Shown piece by piece: positions 17,002-30,134 of a stretch of DNA of 64,000 nt; the first letter of the stretch is position 1, and each line of letters starts with the position of its first letter. The notes beneath the pieces were generated by a model that did no database searches, was not told the DNA's origin, and saw only the letters and a program-made list of their open reading frames with translations. The stretch is from a virus: the IMG/VR virus record IMGVR_UViG_3300045988_036168; one strand, written 5' to 3'. The position numbers and the translations under genes were made by a program.

Positions 17002-17418
17002 TTACTCGGTCAACTCGCCAGAGCCGGTGTGCAGCTCCCACTCGCGGTTGTTGGACTCTTTGCCGAAGCCGCGGGATGCGGGCTTGGCGGGCCATGCCGC
17101 GTCGGAACTGAACACCATGCCGCCCTTCAGGTCTTTAATCAGGATCGGGAACATACCGTCGCCGGTCTGACGATCCTGCTTGAAGCGGTTCTGCAGGAAG
17201 CTGTTCGTCTCGGAGGTCTGCAGCACGGTCAGCTTCACGATGTAGGTATCATCGGGGCTGATGCTGCGGACGATTTCGCCGTCGCAACCGACCTTCTTGG
17301 TGACACCGTCTCCATTCGGGTCGATGGTGATAAAGCTGTCGTCGGCGTAGCCGGCGACAATGTGGTTGCCGAGCGCAATCGTGACTTCCTTCGGGTTGTA
17401 GGTCTTGATCTTACCCAT
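17002..17418 (-). CDS. tail tube protein (DUF3277-like)
   Basis: 138 aa; MGKIKTYNPKEVTIALGNHIVAGYADDSFITI pattern; follows sheath gene. Confidence 0.7.
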   Translation of the reverse strand: MGKIKTYNPKEVTIALGNHIVAGYADDSFITIDPNGDGVTKKVGCDGEIVRSISPDDTYIVKLTVLQTSETNSFLQNRFKQDRQTGDGMFPILIKDLKGGMVFSSDAAWPAKPASRGFGKESNNREWELHTGSGELTE

Positions 17419-17436
17419 CTCTCAGTTCCTCCTTCC

Positions 17437-19734
<2,298 letters not shown>

Positions 19735-19738
<4 letters not shown>

Positions 19739-20295
19739 GGCGTATCACCTCCGTCGGTCGGCTTTGCGAGCGACAAGAAGCCCTCCTCGTCAATCACCAG
19801 CCCGGAATCGTCCTTGATGCGCACCACGCCGACGGTGTCTGCGGACGCAATGGGGAAATTCGTAATGGGCGGGATCTCCTGCTGGGTCTTCCCCGCTGTT
19901 GCTGGGTCATCCTGCGGCGGGTCTTCGATGTCCGAAGCCCGTGCGCCGTCTGTCGGCACGAGGCAAAACTGATAGTTCAAGTGCGACAGCACCGTATGAT
20001 CCCACGGCTGGGCGGCGGTACACTCGTACCAGTCGCCCATGTAGTACAACAGGTCGCCCTTGATGCCGGTAGCTTCGCTGGCCGGTATCAGCACATCGGT
20101 TCCGTGGCCTTCCAGATGCTTCATCTTGCGTTCGCCCTCAGGCAGCGCCAGCATCGCATCCGAACCCATCGGATGGATATGCAGGCTGGCAACAAAGTCC
20201 TCGTGGTCTGCGGTGATGTAACCGCGAATGTTCTGCGGCTCTTTGAACCGGCGTACCCAGTATTTCTTGTTGAACAGCGTAATGTTCACGGTCAA
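19735..20295 (-). CDS. hypothetical neck protein
   Basis: 186 aa, overlapping stops/starts with neighbours. Confidence 0.4.
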
Positions 20296-20746
20296 TCACC
20301 TCGTTCCTTGATGACGAAGTCAACCGACTGCCTCATGTGGCCGGTGTCTATCAACGGCTGCTCGGACTTTTTCTTCTTGATGGTGGATGGCTTATTCGCC
20401 ACGAAACCGCCATCGACGATCTCCTGCTGCACAAGGCCCTTGCAGAAGACGCCCAAATCCTTGAGGGCCTTTTCGGTCGTGCCGCCCTCGGCCAGCGTCT
20501 TGTTGACCTGCTCACAGGCCGCTTTCAGTTCGGGCTCGTGGTTCTCGAAGCTCTGTCGCATGAACGGTCTGGCTGGGCTGTCAGAGGTGCCGAGTTCGTT
20601 GTACGCGGCCACGTCCGCAAGGGATGTGCCGTCTTCGTAGGTCTGGCCCTCTTGGAACCCGACCTGCACTTCAAGCCGGGAGAGCTTCTGCAGTTGCTCG
20701 AAATACCTTCTGCCCTCAGGCGTCAGGTCTGAAATGCTCAACGCCA

Positions 20747-20747
<1 letters not shown>
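20292..20747 (-). CDS. HK97 gp10-family head-tail joining protein
   Basis: ARPFM motif, 151 aa, position. Confidence 0.6.
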
Positions 20748-21289
<542 letters not shown>

Positions 21290-21658
21290 TTACTTGTTCT
21301 CGTCGGCAGCCTTTGCGGCAGCGGCCTTCTTGGCGGCGTCAGCCTTGGCCTTATCCTCTGCAGCCTTCTTGGCAGCAGCTTCCGCCTCAGCCTTGGCCTT
21401 CGCGTCAGCTTCGGCCTTCGCCTTGGCTTCTGCCTCGGCCTTCACCTTGGCCTCCTCTTCCAGTTTTCTCGCAGCAGCCTCTTCGACGGCCTTCTGGAAG
21501 GCGGCGTCGCTCTCGTCGGTCTCCAGCAGCCCCTTGGCGATGAACGCCTGAATGGCGGGCAGCTTGAGAGTGGCCTCGTTGATGTCCATAGACGCATCGG
21601 GCATGAGGATCGTCGTGCCGATGTTGATAATCTTGGAGCCCTTATTTCTGATCTTCAT
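21290..21658 (-). CDS. head-associated protein with Ala/Lys/Glu-rich repeat tail
   Basis: Start MKIRNK (RBS AGGAGG); KAEAEAKAKAEADAKAKAEAEAAAKK low complexity. Confidence 0.5.
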   Translation of the reverse strand: MKIRNKGSKIINIGTTILMPDASMDINEATLKLPAIQAFIAKGLLETDESDAAFQKAVEEAAARKLEEEAKVKAEAEAKAKAEADAKAKAEAEAAAKKAAEDKAKADAAKKAAAAKAADENK

Positions 21659-21785
21659 GATGAACCTCCTGTTATTCGTGGGCTGCCGCAGGGTGGCTCC
21701 TCGACAGCCTGACGTTATTCTCGATTGACGCAAATGTTATGGGGAGATTGCCGCGTGGCAACCTCCCCACAAAAATTTTCCCCTC

Positions 21786-22823
21786 TTAGGACACGCCGAC
21801 CGCGATCAGAGCGGACAGCGGGTAGTAGACGATGACGCCAGCGGTGCGGGCCTCGCAGAGAATGATGGTCTCCAGCTTCTCGACCTGCAGGGGGTACTGG
21901 TAGAACGGCATCGGGTTCTCCAGAGTCAGCTTGCGGGGGTCGTTCTTGAAAAGGAACGCCACGCCCTGGGGGTTGCCGCTGGTCGCGTAGGGGTTGGTCT
22001 CGGGAGAGTCGGCATCCAGCTCAGCGGTAGACACGACGTTCTTGATGTACGGAGCGTGCTCCTGAATGAACGCCAGAACCGTAGTGCTGGTGTCGGGAAT
22101 GCGGCGGGTGGAGATGTCCATGAACACGTCAGCGGGGACACACAGGGTATCGGGGCGCTCGACGTTCTTGGTGATCTTCGCAACCTGCTTCGCCATGCCG
22201 TTCACGTCGGCGAGGATCTCGTCGGCGGACTTGTCGGCCCACTTGGTCTTGCCGCTGGCATTGGCGCCGATGGTGTAGAGAGGAATATTCTGGCCGTCGG
22301 ACAGAACGCCCATCAGGCCGCTTTCCTCGTCGCCGCACCATGCGATCTTGTTGGTCAGGGCGTCGATCTGGTAACGAGCGGACTCACCCTTGCGGGCGTC
22401 CAGAGACTTGCCGGCCAGACGAGAAGCCCGCATCTCCTGAGCGGAGTAGCCGTAGCTGTCGCCAATGGACTTGATCTTGGCGAAGCTGGGCTTGCCGGTC
22501 ACGTCCGCACGGGGCAGGTCGGTGGAGTAGTTGTCGATAATCTTCGCCAGACCGGTCTTGTCGTAGGTGTAGTAGGTGATGGTCTCCGCGCCAGGGTCGG
22601 CCTCGGAGCTCTGCGGGAACAGGTGCAGGGCCGTCAGTTCGGGGTACTCGACGTCGTAGGACTGAGCCTTGACGTGGTCGAGTTCACGGGCGAAAAAGAC
22701 GGAAGCATCCTCGGCACTATCGAAGCGAGTGCCCTCGGAAGCCATGATAGCCTTGGGGATCTTGGAGCCCCGCAGGGTCATGGCCTCGTCGCTATCATAG
22801 TTCATGTGCTTTTTGGTAGCCAT
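21786..22823 (-). CDS. major capsid protein (DUF2184-like)
   Basis: 345 aa after scaffold and decoration genes; pattern from memory. Confidence 0.8.
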   Translation of the reverse strand: MATKKHMNYDSDEAMTLRGSKIPKAIMASEGTRFDSAEDASVFFARELDHVKAQSYDVEYPELTALHLFPQSSEADPGAETITYYTYDKTGLAKIIDNYSTDLPRADVTGKPSFAKIKSIGDSYGYSAQEMRASRLAGKSLDARKGESARYQIDALTNKIAWCGDEESGLMGVLSDGQNIPLYTIGANASGKTKWADKSADEILADVNGMAKQVAKITKNVERPDTLCVPADVFMDISTRRIPDTSTTVLAFIQEHAPYIKNVVSTAELDADSPETNPYATSGNPQGVAFLFKNDPRKLTLENPMPFYQYPLQVEKLETIILCEARTAGVIVYYPLSALIAVGVS

Positions 22824-22843
22824 AATTCACGTTCCTCCTTTTC

Positions 22844-23374
22844 TTACGCCTGAGCCTGATTGAACAGCTCAATCGGGGCAATCTGGGCGTTGGTATCGAC
22901 GCCGCCGACAAAGCGGGCCTTGACGGCGATGGTGGCGGGGTCGCCCTGATGGCCTTCGCCAGAAGCAGGGGTGCCAGCCTCGTTGGTGAAGCAGCCAGCC
23001 TCTTCGCCCTCGGTAATCAGGTAAACGCTGTCACCGTAGGCAGGCTCGACACCCTCGGCCACGCGGCCGTAAATCTTGCCGTAGCGCATGACGCCAACGG
23101 CAGCACCCTTACGAACGGCGAGCTTGCCCTCCAGATCGTACTCGGTGGTGCGGTTGTTGGTGGTGATGCCCTCGAACTTGGCGGCGGTAGCGGCCTTCTT
23201 GGGCAGGGCGATATTGACACCGGGCTTGCTGCCCTGAACGACGCCCGCGCCGAACTTCAGGACGCCGCTCTCCTCTTCATTGAGGAAAGTGTCGATCTGG
23301 TGCGGCGCGACATCAACGATACCGCCAGCCGCGCCAATAGGGGTGGAATAGCCGTACTTGGTCTGAGCACTCAT
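22844..23374 (-). CDS. head decoration / cement protein (DUF2190-like)
   Basis: 176 aa Gly/Ala-rich, immediately upstream of capsid gene. Confidence 0.55.
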   Translation of the reverse strand: MSAQTKYGYSTPIGAAGGIVDVAPHQIDTFLNEEESGVLKFGAGVVQGSKPGVNIALPKKAATAAKFEGITTNNRTTEYDLEGKLAVRKGAAVGVMRYGKIYGRVAEGVEPAYGDSVYLITEGEEAGCFTNEAGTPASGEGHQGDPATIAVKARFVGGVDTNAQIAPIELFNQAQA

Positions 23375-23375
23375 G

Positions 23376-24857
23376 TTACTTTTCCTCCTTTGCTCTATTC
23401 TGGCGACGCTCGATCATCTTCTGGCGGGCGGAATCAGCGGAACCGACGCCGTTGCTGACAGGGGTGCGAGAGTCGCGGTTGAACATCTGCTTCTTCTGGT
23501 AGCCGACGTCCTTCTTGGAGCGGGACTCGACATCGGCGACGGCGTACTCGAACGCAGCGTTCACGAACGCATCGCTCTTGCCGTCCAGACGCATCTCGGG
23601 ACGCACAGCCTTGATGATGGCCTTCTTGGCGGCGGAGATACTCATATCCTCAACACCGTCGAGGTTCAGGGCCTTACCGATCATGCCGATCTTCACGCGC
23701 TGGCGGATGATGGCGTCGATGCCGTCGGCGTTCAGGACTTCGCCCTGGGTGTGGTCGGCAGGCGTCGCGGTGGGAATCGCGTCGTCGTCGCTGTCCTGAT
23801 TGTCGGTGTCGTCACCCTCGTCGTTGTTCTCGTCGGTGGTGTCATCACCCTCGTCGGTCTGAGGATCGGTGCAGCCAGCCTCGTCGAACTCCTTCTGCGC
23901 GAGCAGAGTGTCGATGATGTCGAACAGGATGTCCATGTCCTCGTCCTGATTGGCAATGACGCCCTTCGCGGACTCCAGATCCTCAGGGTCGCCGTCAGCA
24001 TCGCGGCGGTCACGGTTGTCCTTGACAGCCGCCACCTTATCCTCGACAGTCTGAGGCTCCTGACCGGCGGGAGCGACAACGGTATCGTCGTCATCCTGCG
24101 CAGCAGCGGGGGCGTTGGTGGGCTTGGCGCTGACTACGGGATCAGTACCCTCGGTGGGGTCCTCGTCGGTCTTGGCGGCGAGGCGCTGAGCACGGCGGGC
24201 CTTGTACTCCTCGATGGCCTTGGCGAGCTCTTCCGGGGACAGAACGCCATCAGCGCGACGAGCATTCTTGGGAGCATTTTTCTTCTTCATGACTTTTCCT
24301 CCTTTGAGAGTTCTTGCAGGATCACGGCCATCAATATTTAACCGCGCCTGTTCACCGGCTCTGGCTTCCCGGACCAAGGCCAAGTGGTTGATGCGGATGT
24401 CCCGCTGGATGGCGTCGTAGTGCTGGCCGTTCCACTCACCCGGCGTTTCATCGAGCGTCAGATTGTAGCCGAGGGACAGCTCCTTCAGGCCGCAATACCG
24501 CATCTCGTCGGTGTTGTGAATAACGATCTCCGCACGGACGTCATCCCCGCTTCGATACCCTTCTGTCAGGATGGTGCCGATCTGATGCTTCTGGACGTTG
24601 TCCTTATCCACCAGACCCGCATCATGCGTGATGATGATGGGCTTGCCCTGATACGAGGCAAGACTCTCAGCAGCGAAGACTTCCTCAGGGAGCCGAAGCT
24701 CCCTCCTGACGCTCCCGTCAGGGTTGGTGTACTCGAAGATACCCGTGCTGGTCAGGATCGGCCTGTCCATCAGGTAGCCTTCGGGAGTGAAATACGTCTG
24801 GTTCAGCGGGAGGCTGTCCAGACGGATCACCTGAGATAATTTCGGGGCCTCACTCAT
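23376..24857 (-). CDS. scaffold / prohead-maturation protein (DUF2213-like)
   Basis: Start MSEAPK (RBS GGAGGTG); PEGYLMDRPILTSTGIFEY...GKPIIITHD N-domain; long acidic linker. Confidence 0.6.
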   Translation of the reverse strand: MSEAPKLSQVIRLDSLPLNQTYFTPEGYLMDRPILTSTGIFEYTNPDGSVRRELRLPEEVFAAESLASYQGKPIIITHDAGLVDKDNVQKHQIGTILTEGYRSGDDVRAEIVIHNTDEMRYCGLKELSLGYNLTLDETPGEWNGQHYDAIQRDIRINHLALVREARAGEQARLNIDGRDPARTLKGGKVMKKKNAPKNARRADGVLSPEELAKAIEEYKARRAQRLAAKTDEDPTEGTDPVVSAKPTNAPAAAQDDDDTVVAPAGQEPQTVEDKVAAVKDNRDRRDADGDPEDLESAKGVIANQDEDMDILFDIIDTLLAQKEFDEAGCTDPQTDEGDDTTDENNDEGDDTDNQDSDDDAIPTATPADHTQGEVLNADGIDAIIRQRVKIGMIGKALNLDGVEDMSISAAKKAIIKAVRPEMRLDGKSDAFVNAAFEYAVADVESRSKKDVGYQKKQMFNRDSRTPVSNGVGSADSARQKMIERRQNRAKEEK

Positions 24858-24896
24858 TGGGCCCACCTCCTTTCGGAGTGTTCTGCAGCGTGAGCA

Positions 24897-25211
24897 TCAC
24901 TTCTTCTCCTCACTCTGCCCGTTGTCTCCGTCACCGTCCCCGGCCTTTTCAGCGGTCAGGTCGCCGGCAGCGAAGACGCTTCCGCCCTCGTCGGCGTTGG
25001 TTTCCTCTGCCGCAGCCACAACGGCTTTGGTGAGTTCCAGCGTCAAAATCTGGACGTGCTCGATCTCGTCGAGAAGCAAACCCTGATACACGTCGGTCAG
25101 GTCAGGGGCGTTCTGCTCCACATCCTGCACTCCCATAGCGAGAGAGTCGAGCTTTTCACTCACCTTGCCAAGCTGACGTGCAAGACTGCTGATTGCACAA
25201 GCGTTCTTCAC
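24897..25211 (-). CDS. hypothetical protein
   Basis: GTG start; 104 aa acidic; co-oriented. Confidence 0.4.
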   Translation of the reverse strand: MKNACAISSLARQLGKVSEKLDSLAMGVQDVEQNAPDLTDVYQGLLLDEIEHVQILTLELTKAVVAAAEETNADEGGSVFAAGDLTAEKAGDGDGDNGQSEEKK

Positions 25212-25309
25212 GGCTCTTCCTTCCTTTCTTCTGAATTTGGCGCCGGGTGCACCCCTATGGGAGCGTCACGGCTTCGGGTGGGTCTATATCTGGTCATCGC
25301 ACTCACCAC

Positions 25310-25489
25310 CTATTCGCTCTTTCCGAAGCGGTCACGATGGAAGGTGCGTTCCCATTCAGCGAACTTATCCCTCTCGACTACCTCAGGCGAACAGTTCTTG
25401 CCGCAGCGTTTGCGACTGCGCTTGCAGATGCAAACGGTCTTACCGTTCTGGAAGTCGATGAAGACCTTGATCTTCTCTTTCGTTTCCAT
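25310..25489 (-). CDS. small Cys/Lys-rich hypothetical protein
   Basis: Start METKEK with RBS GGAGGAG; 59 aa. Confidence 0.35.
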   Translation of the reverse strand: METKEKIKVFIDFQNGKTVCICKRSRKRCGKNCSPEVVERDKFAEWERTFHRDRFGKSE

Positions 25490-25509
25490 GTCCTCTCCTC
25501 CTCGCCTGA

Positions 25510-26448
25510 TTATTTCATGGGGATATTCACCCCGTCGTAGTCGAACACGGGGATTGCCACACAGCGGCAACAGTAATCCTCGCCGGGGTGGCATTTGCGG
25601 CCGGTGTAGACTCGGCCAGCCTTGGTGTCGTACCACATCTCAGGCGGGTCGTTCCAATCGAAGGTCTTCCCATTCAGCGCCGCATGGCACGGGCGGACGC
25701 GGGAATCGTGGGACGTAGACCACCGATATTTCTTGCATCCGGCGTCGGTCTGCTGCATCTTCGTGATCTGCGCGTTCAGCGTCGCAAGCTGGTCACGGGC
25801 CAAAAGCTGGGCGTGGCGCTTGGACGTGCCGTACTCGCTCTGGATGTCCTTCTGGATGTCACGGATCGGTCGCCCGTTCAAGTAGCCATCCAGAATGATT
25901 TGCCGCATATTGCCGAGCGTCTCGGTCGGCAGGCTCTTGATGTAGGCCACGTTCTCGGCGATCCACCTTTGGATGGCCTGCTCGTACAGCTCGCCCGAGT
26001 AGTAGTCGTCCAGAATGTCGATGCCCAGCGTGTCCTTGACGGCGCGTTTCCACTCTCGTACCGAGGTGTTCTGCGTCATCTTGGCGATCTGCTGGATTTT
26101 GCTGTCGAGGCCGAACTGCGCGATGCGCTTTTCCAGAGCTGCAGACACTTCCTGAAGCATCTGACGGATGCAGGCGTCGAGGTCGCGGCTGTCATCCAGT
26201 CGGGAGTCTCCACGCCGTTCCCGCTTGTACTCGTTCATCATGGCGGGCAGTTTCTTCTTCAGTTCCTCGTTCAGCAGCCGCATATAGGCGCCGGCGATGC
26301 GCCGGTACTCACGCTCTGCAGATTGCGGGTATTGCGGGGTGGTCTTCGCAGGAAGGGGTCTATTCCCCCGAAACTTGGGGCGTACAGCCTTTTTAACCAC
26401 CTCTTGGTATTGGTTGTTGGTCAAAGACAAAGCCCCCTTTACGGTCAT
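25510..26448 (-). CDS. head morphogenesis protein (SPP1 gp7 / Mu F family)
   Basis: WSTSHDSRVRPCHAALNGKTF motif; follows portal. Confidence 0.8.
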   Translation of the reverse strand: MTVKGALSLTNNQYQEVVKKAVRPKFRGNRPLPAKTTPQYPQSAEREYRRIAGAYMRLLNEELKKKLPAMMNEYKRERRGDSRLDDSRDLDACIRQMLQEVSAALEKRIAQFGLDSKIQQIAKMTQNTSVREWKRAVKDTLGIDILDDYYSGELYEQAIQRWIAENVAYIKSLPTETLGNMRQIILDGYLNGRPIRDIQKDIQSEYGTSKRHAQLLARDQLATLNAQITKMQQTDAGCKKYRWSTSHDSRVRPCHAALNGKTFDWNDPPEMWYDTKAGRVYTGRKCHPGEDYCCRCVAIPVFDYDGVNIPMK

Positions 26449-26511
26449 TTACGCAGGTTTGGCGATGGGTTGCGGGCATAAGAAAAGCAGGGCGGTCACT
26501 GTCCGCTCTGC

Positions 26512-29500
26512 CTATTTCCCATCTACCTCTTGCTGCTTGTAGACCAGCCCGTACTCATGCGCGTGTAGCTGGAGATACAAGTCCGTCTCCGCAATTAGGT
26601 CGTTGCGCGTCATGTCGCCGTCCTGATACTTCTTCTCAAGCGACTCAAGGTGCGTAGCCACCGACCTTGCAGAGTAGCCATCATAGTCGCTCGTCTTCTG
26701 TAACGAATACAGCTTGGTCTTGCTGGTCATATACATGACCTGTTCGTCGGCATTGGCAAAGCTACGGACATCGGTGTCCGAGAAGCAGCTATCCGTATCG
26801 CCGGGGTGATTATGCAGGGTGGAGTATGCCACGTTGTTCTGGCCGCTTTTTACGCCGTGTGCGCTTCCGGTATCTCTTGCGATTTCGTTTCCGTCTTCGT
26901 CATACGACACGAGGGTTTCATCCGCATTGTTGCGGATTTCAAGGCTGGCCTTCTCTGCCGATTTTCTGACCTTCGAGTCGTCAGGGGCTTTATCAGCTAC
27001 GCGCTTCCGCTCTTTTGCGACCTCTCGCAGCTTTTCATCTACCAACTCGTCGAGCTTGCCAGCCTGAATGGCCTTATCGACCTCTCGGAAGCGCATTCCC
27101 TTTTCCACCAGAAACTCTGCCTTGAAGTCTTCACTTTTCCCGTGAAGCAGTTTCGAGGCAGCAGGCGTCAGGGATGGCGCAGAGCCGCCAACTTGGCCCG
27201 GAACTCCTTCATGGCCGTGGTTGCCCGAGCCGGGGCCACCGTCGAGATCGGAGGAATCCCCTCTATTTCCGACTTCCTCAAGCGTAAGTTTCACGGCTTT
27301 GTATTTCCCAACGGAATAATCAGGGTTGGTATCAAGAACCTTGAATCTTGCCTTTTTTGAATACAGGACTTCATCCATGTCAACGTCGGCCACATCCTTG
27401 ATGGAAACACCACTCTTCGACTTGCATTCAAGCACAACGTTGTACGAATCAGGGTCATCACCGTCTCTGGATCTGAACACTCTCTTTAGAGCATCATCCC
27501 CAGTAGACCAGCTTGACAGATGACCGAGTCCGAACGTGCTGTTCCCTGACGACTCTGCGATGAACTTATCAAAGGCATCCTTGTCCATTGTCATTGCGCG
27601 CTTTGTCGTTCCTTCGTACTTATCTGAGAGCGAAATCGCTTTTTCAATGGCCGCTGCGCTCTTTTCGGCGGTAGCCTTTTCTTCACTATCCATCAGTGAA
27701 CCGCGCGTCGCATACACACCGGAGTACCCAGCAGAAGCCGCCACGACATCCTTGTAGTTCCGTGTGTAGTCAGATGTAGCATCGACCATTTCTTGCACTT
27801 CACGGTCGCTCAGTTCGCGTCCGGCGTTTTTGCTCCACTCGGATTTTTTTGCAGAGTAAACTCCTCTTTCAAGTCCGTGGCTGGTTTCACCGTCGTATGG
27901 AGAGGTGCTTCCCTCGCGCTCCTCCGAACCACCGATTTCACCTTCGCGCCCTTTGTGCCCAAAATTCCCGCTTCCCGGCCCGCCGTCTTCATCAAAAGGG
28001 GCGAAGCCTTCTGGCTCAGCCTCCCCGTTTGCGATAGCTTTCACCAGTGCAACGTCATCCGCGAACGGCTGAAACAGAGACGGCTTGAGCTGTTCGATTT
28101 CATCCAGCGTTCTGAACTGCGGGTCGGCCATTTCGCCATCCACGCAATTCGGCTCGCCTTCGTACTCAGTACACAGGAAGATGTACGGCTGAATGCCGGT
28201 GTCAGGCTCCATAGGACCTCTTCCGAGCGGGATCAGCTCTTTCGGGCTGATGCCGAACTCTTCTTCAACTTCGCGGAACGCCGCCTGCTTCGGAGACTCG
28301 CCTTCCTTGATGTGACCGCCGGGGCCACAAATCAGGCCGTGGCCGAACTCCGTCTTTCTGGTTCCACTCAGAACCTTGCCCTGAGAGACCACCAGAACGC
28401 CTACGCAGGCTTTTGTATCTTCGGGGGTAGATGTATTCCCATCACCCTTGACATCCTGTACCGAGGCTTTAGCGCGATTTTGCGGGGCATTGGCGGCTGA
28501 CTGTTGACGTTCCTCGTCGCTCATGTCCTGCGGCAGCTTGGTCGCAGCAGGTGCGGCGGCGGGAGCTTCACCGTCTCCGCCGGGGTCTTTCTTGTGCTCT
28601 TCGGTGCTGGTGCCCTCGGCATAGTCAGCGAACTGGCCCTGCTCGAAAATGCTCTGCCCAACGTCACCGGAAACCTGACCGCCCTCTGCAGGCTCGTCGG
28701 GGAACAGATTCTCGTCGTCGTATTCGTCGAGCATATTCTCGACGTCGAACTCCTCACTGTCGGCCAGCTTGGCGCGAACCTCACTCGGGTCGATAACCTG
28801 CTTGTCGATGTAAAGCTGGGCAGTCTGCGCTCTGGCGAGCTGTGTCTGCGCCCGCTTCTGGTCAAGGTCTGCCTGCTCCGTGTCGCTGAGCGACCACAGG
28901 GGGTTGAACTCCACCTTGATCTTCGGCACTTCATCCACTTCGCCGGTACGGACGCCTGCTTGGAAAATGACCGACAGCAGATAGCGCAGGTTCTTCTTCA
29001 CCATGCGCTTCTGGATGCGCTCCAGATAGTTGTACCAGTTTTCCAAATCAGCGTCGCCGGTGGCGTTCATGCCTGCCGGCGAACGGCCAAAAAGAATGGT
29101 CTGAGGAATCGAGGTCAGCGCCGACAGGAAGTTGCAGGTCGAGTCGATGACGTCGGAGACGCCGCTGAACTGGAACTGCCTGAAGTCGTAGTCCTCGCCT
29201 TCGCTGTCAATGGTAATGCTGTTCAGCAGGCCGCGGGCCATGTCAATCGTCTGCAGACGGCGCAGGACTCTGTCCTCACCCTCTTCGGTGGCAAGCTCTG
29301 CGGCCAGATCCTTCATCTTGTAGACCGCCTGAACGGAGCGGTCGAGCAGCTTCGTTGCGCTGCCGTGGGCCACTTCCGCGTCACGGATGGCCCTGTTGAT
29401 TCGCACATACTCGGGGATGCCCCAGAGCTGGTAAATCGAATTGGTCGTGTTCTCGGGCAAGATGCCGTTCTGGAACACCAGGCACCGGCTGTCGTGAACG

Positions 29501-30117
29501 GTGAACGAACCGGTGCGGCTCGTCACGTGGTAGAACTCGGGCATACCGAGGCGGGAGCCTCTGGTGCGGAACGGGTCACGCGGGTCGTAGGAGAACATAC
29601 TCTGATAGTCGGGCTGGATCACCGAGCGGTCATAGACGCGAATATCGTCAATCGACCGGATGTTGCGCCAGTCCAGAGGCTCGTCGATGCCGCGGCCGTC
29701 GTTAATCATCATCACGGCGATGGAACCTCCGAAGAGCCGCGCCCAGCGGATGGCGGTCATGGCCGTTTCTTCCCAGTCCAGCTCGTCGAGGGCCTCCGTA
29801 TAGAAGTCCTCGATTTTCTGGTCTTTGGTGCTCTCCAGCGTGAAGCCGTGCTTGATGGCCTCCTCTGCGGGCGTGTCGATGATTTTCGCAAACAGGCCGT
29901 TGCCCTCGTAGTACATGGTGAGCAGTTCATCGGGAACCACAGGCTCGGCACGGAACCGATACCCTTCCGTGGTGTCCTTGCTCGTGCCGTACTTGTTCAT
30001 CATGTTCACGTAGCCGTCGGCTCGGTAGGGGCGAACGGCCTTGCCGGTCTGCATCTCGATCAGGTGGGCGTACCTTTTCACGATGCGCTCGGCTTGGTCT
30101 TTGCGTCTGTCGTCCAT
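26512..30117 (-). CDS. portal protein fused to Nudix, ADP-ribosyltransferase-like and JAB/MPN-like domains (polyvalent protein)
   Basis: aa 1-470 portal-like (DUF1073 type); Nudix box GHIKEGESPKQAAFREVEEEFGI (28249-28320); R/SxS/E ART-like pattern (KRAM, SSWST, DEVLYSKKARFKV); HNHPGDTDSCFSDTD (26770-26814); two DGGPGSGNxGHxG...GGS linkers. Confidence 0.85.
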   Translation of the reverse strand: MDDRRKDQAERIVKRYAHLIEMQTGKAVRPYRADGYVNMMNKYGTSKDTTEGYRFRAEPVVPDELLTMYYEGNGLFAKIIDTPAEEAIKHGFTLESTKDQKIEDFYTEALDELDWEETAMTAIRWARLFGGSIAVMMINDGRGIDEPLDWRNIRSIDDIRVYDRSVIQPDYQSMFSYDPRDPFRTRGSRLGMPEFYHVTSRTGSFTVHDSRCLVFQNGILPENTTNSIYQLWGIPEYVRINRAIRDAEVAHGSATKLLDRSVQAVYKMKDLAAELATEEGEDRVLRRLQTIDMARGLLNSITIDSEGEDYDFRQFQFSGVSDVIDSTCNFLSALTSIPQTILFGRSPAGMNATGDADLENWYNYLERIQKRMVKKNLRYLLSVIFQAGVRTGEVDEVPKIKVEFNPLWSLSDTEQADLDQKRAQTQLARAQTAQLYIDKQVIDPSEVRAKLADSEEFDVENMLDEYDDENLFPDEPAEGGQVSGDVGQSIFEQGQFADYAEGTSTEEHKKDPGGDGEAPAAAPAATKLPQDMSDEERQQSAANAPQNRAKASVQDVKGDGNTSTPEDTKACVGVLVVSQGKVLSGTRKTEFGHGLICGPGGHIKEGESPKQAAFREVEEEFGISPKELIPLGRGPMEPDTGIQPYIFLCTEYEGEPNCVDGEMADPQFRTLDEIEQLKPSLFQPFADDVALVKAIANGEAEPEGFAPFDEDGGPGSGNFGHKGREGEIGGSEEREGSTSPYDGETSHGLERGVYSAKKSEWSKNAGRELSDREVQEMVDATSDYTRNYKDVVAASAGYSGVYATRGSLMDSEEKATAEKSAAAIEKAISLSDKYEGTTKRAMTMDKDAFDKFIAESSGNSTFGLGHLSSWSTGDDALKRVFRSRDGDDPDSYNVVLECKSKSGVSIKDVADVDMDEVLYSKKARFKVLDTNPDYSVGKYKAVKLTLEEVGNRGDSSDLDGGPGSGNHGHEGVPGQVGGSAPSLTPAASKLLHGKSEDFKAEFLVEKGMRFREVDKAIQAGKLDELVDEKLREVAKERKRVADKAPDDSKVRKSAEKASLEIRNNADETLVSYDEDGNEIARDTGSAHGVKSGQNNVAYSTLHNHPGDTDSCFSDTDVRSFANADEQVMYMTSKTKLYSLQKTSDYDGYSARSVATHLESLEKKYQDGDMTRNDLIAETDLYLQLHAHEYGLVYKQQEVDGK

Positions 30118-30134
30118 ACCCTCTCACCTCTTTC

